Shown piece by piece: positions 61,373 to 64,000 of a stretch of 64,000 bases of DNA (its first letter is position 1; the number at the start of each line of letters is the position of its first letter). The notes under the pieces are model-generated. The model did not search any database. It was given only the letters and a program-made list of their open reading frames with translations, and was not told the DNA's origin. Source of the DNA: Kudoa neothunni. Its lineage: Eukaryota; Animalia; Cnidaria. Location of the stretch: assembly GCA_964304625.1 (NCBI GenBank), contig OZ199838.1, positions 3,204,147 through 3,268,146 on the forward strand, written 5' to 3'. A program made the translations under genes and the position numbers.

Positions 61373-63729
61373 GAGTCGAGATTCGATATTGTGTAATTTT
61401 TGGGACCAAGCAAAAATTACGCAATATCGAGTCACGTACATGCGCACTTGTAAAAATATTCGATTTAAACTTGTTTTGTGCGTTTATCCTACTTTAAATC
61501 ATTGCTAATGAAATAAAATAAATATAAGGAATTTTATTTAACTCCATCAGACAAAATTATTAATTTTTATGAAAAAATGAAGTAATTTTAGTTTGATGCC
61601 ATCTTTGAGATATTTTTAAAATTCGATCCATTATCGGATGAAGATCGATGAGTCCAGATGGATCTTCCTGAATAAACACCTTCCTTAATGTACTTACGGC
61701 ATGCTTTATATCATTTATTGGAACTTTTGATTCTTCCTCATCAGATTCGATTTCATTCTGAATTGGATTCACTGTTGATATTAAGACATCGCCGTTATCA
61801 TCTTCACAAGTAGGTAAGTTATTATCATCAAAGTTGGTCTCCCATGTTTCCTCCTCGACTATAAAAATATTAAAATTTCATTGTATATTTATACTCTGTT
61901 CATCTTCGAAAATTTTATCATTTGTTTTCGTCTCTGTATCTCCTATGATAATGGATTAATTTTTGAAGTTCCTATTAGCTTTTACTTTCGCTAAATATGC
62001 CCGACTTTTTAAAACAGTTAACAATGATTTCAGATGGAATACTGTTCCATGCTTCTTGGAGTGTCAAAACTGCATTAAGTAATGTAAATTTATTATTTAA
62101 CGAATCATCACATAATGCCATATGGCTACACAATATTTGTTTGTATCTACTTTTAAGACAGTTAATCACTCCGAAATCGAGTGGCTGTAAAACACTTGTA
62201 GTATTTTTAGGGTAAGAAGAGAAACTTTACTAAAACAAGTGATATCTTTGGGATGTGCTGGACATTGGTCCAGCAAGATTAGTATTTTTCGTTGTTCTGA
62301 CTCCATTTTAAAATTTAATTTTTTCATTATCTGGAAAAACATAGCAGAGGTCATCCAAGAATTTTTTTTGGGCATAATACCCATAAGGTAAATTTTTTAC
62401 CCTCTTGAAGCGCCTGGGGTTTTGGTATTTCCCAATTACGACTAAGAGCAACTTTTCTCCCCTTAAAGAGCACGATACCTGAAATGTGGCACCAAAAATG
62501 CAAAAGAGGGAGACTCGAATAAGAAATAAGCAAGACAATAATGATACTCTAATCACGAGGTGGTTTATATAGGGTGAGGGGCTGGTGATTCCTATTTTTC
62601 CGGGTCTCCAAAATGGTCGGGGCGCGCCTCCGCCTTTGAACGAAACGGGATTCTCCTCGCCCGGTCTCCTACGTTCGGCTTAGAACCAAAAGTTCCGTAA
62701 GCAACTCGTAGGTCTAAGACTAGAGCTGTCGTGGTGGAGAACCCGGGTTCAAACAAGGTTTGGATTCAGAAGGAAATAGTTTGTAAGTGTTGACCCCGCG
62801 GCCGCCCGAATGTTTCCCGCGCTAAACTGGAGAAGTCGGAGACCCAACAATACCAAAATCGTTATTCTTTTTTTCGATAGCTTTTTATCTTTAATGTCAT
62901 TTTCTTCTTTTAATAAATAACTACTGTTCTGTAATTGCTCATAAAACAAACTAGTTTCGTCAATATTGATTATATTTTTGGGCTATATATGCTTATCAAA
63001 TTTTTATTTTCATAGATCCACGAATCAATAGACGCAACGTTAGCGCTCGCAGTTTCATTATGAAAATGCTTGAAAATGATTCCAAACCTTTTTTTAAACC
63101 CCGCTAGCCAACCCCTGCTTGCTTTAAAATTTTGAACTTCATTCTTTCTGGCAATTATGGTGGCCATTTCAAGTATTACGTCACCAAAAATAATGTGACC
63201 ATTGGTGCGTTTTTTGATAAACCATTCATAAACTTCTTCGTCGATGTTGATAAATCTTCCATTTGAATGCCTCTTCCTATTTCCTGCAACATCTGAACTT
63301 TTCAGCTTGGTTTCATGAGAAAGAATTCTGTCAAGCGTTGAATGTCCTTTAAGAAATAAATTGTTTATCGATTAAAAATAATCATACCACTAAGTTTAAA
63401 CTTTTCAACCGTCATTTTCTTTGCGCCCTTTATTGATTTTATTGAATTGTAATATTGTATCATCCTAATTTTCTCAGAAATTTCACGCTGCTCCCTGGAC
63501 GTATTGAAGATGAAATCACGCAATATCGAATCACGTTAGTAATTTACGTTACGTAATAAAAAGGTTTTAGGCAATACTAAATCAGAGGCACATAGAAAAA
63601 ATATTTTTTTATTTTTATTCTATATTATTAATTCAATAAATAAAGTAATGATATAACTCTAAAATTAAATCCTGATGTAAATATCTTCATATAGAAAATC
63701 TTAAATTACGCAATATCCAATCTCGACTG
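61373..63729 (-). mobile_element. pogo/Tigger-like (CENP-B HTH + DDE_1) element, decayed
   Basis: TIR (G/C)AGTCGAGATT.GATATTG.GTAATTT with TA TSD. Motifs FKASRGWLAGFKKRFGI, SKKRITIL, VIGK..NPR.FK, SWMT, ILLDQCPAH, QPLD. The empty site is present in copy 1 (~46852). Confidence 0.92.
62480..62849 (-). mobile_element. Solo LTR (370 bp) inserted in the pogo transposase
   Basis: TG...CA termini, perfect 5-bp TSD ATACC (GGTAT on minus), GC-rich, TATATAA on the minus strand. It splits the pogo reading KKRITILV|SCSLRGEK. Confidence 0.85.
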
Positions 63730-64000
63730 TAAATGGGCCGGAACTAACAATTCTAACGCATTTAGATGCATTACTTAATTTTCTAGATAAGCACCATTTG
63801 TCGAAAAAGTTATACCTCGAGTGTTTTAGAAAACAATTTAATTTAAATTTTTCAATGAATAGTTCTAATTAAAAACATCTTTAATGATATATTTAAATTC
63901 AATAAATTTTAGTGCAACGAGGACTTTTTAAAAAGACATCATTTACAATTCTCTGGTGCCACAGAAACGAATGATACTCCCTTATTTCTAGAGGCTCTGA

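Larger units (their letters stand above)
57767..64000 (+). repeat. Segmental duplication, copy 2 (with Tc1, pogo and LTR insertions; runs off the window)
   Basis: Colinear with 44309-47120 once the insertions at 59071-60293 and 61373-63729 are removed. Confidence 0.95.

Noticed and set aside
62560-62850. GC-rich island as an rRNA/tRNA or bacterial contaminant
   Set aside because: It is fully explained by the solo LTR with TG..CA ends and a 5-bp TSD.
19649-63729. Fanzor/TnpB or other RNA-guided cargo in the transposons
   Set aside because: No second ORF with RuvC or zinc-finger motifs is visible in any element. Their lengths are accounted for by transposases and nested insertions.

Overview
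This is eukaryotic, very AT-rich genomic DNA, not prokaryotic. It contains six intron-rich host genes that I reconstructed by hand: an STK16/MPSK1-like kinase (+), DDX46/PRP5 RNA helicase (+, 28 exons), spermidine synthase (+), a Rab8/10/13-like GTPase (-), TOM40 (+), and an unrecognised ~825-aa type-I membrane protein made of about seven Cys-containing FN3-like modules (+). Almost all introns are ~40-70 nt with weak splice signals. The genes sit among many DNA transposons (Tc1/mariner DD34E, pogo, piggyBac, MULE, hAT, Merlin/IS1595-like, probable Helitron ends) and one solo LTR. Many elements can be delimited exactly by TIRs and TSDs, and they nest up to 3-4 levels deep. A ~3-kb block upstream of the surface-protein gene recurs ~13.5 kb downstream, which suggests a tandem gene array continuing beyond the window. 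The pattern fits a reduced metazoan parasite such as a myxozoan, but that is inference only. Several single-base frameshifts at homopolymers in essential genes suggest assembly indel errors. The most novel item is the modular surface protein with its possible microexon-controlled anchor switch.
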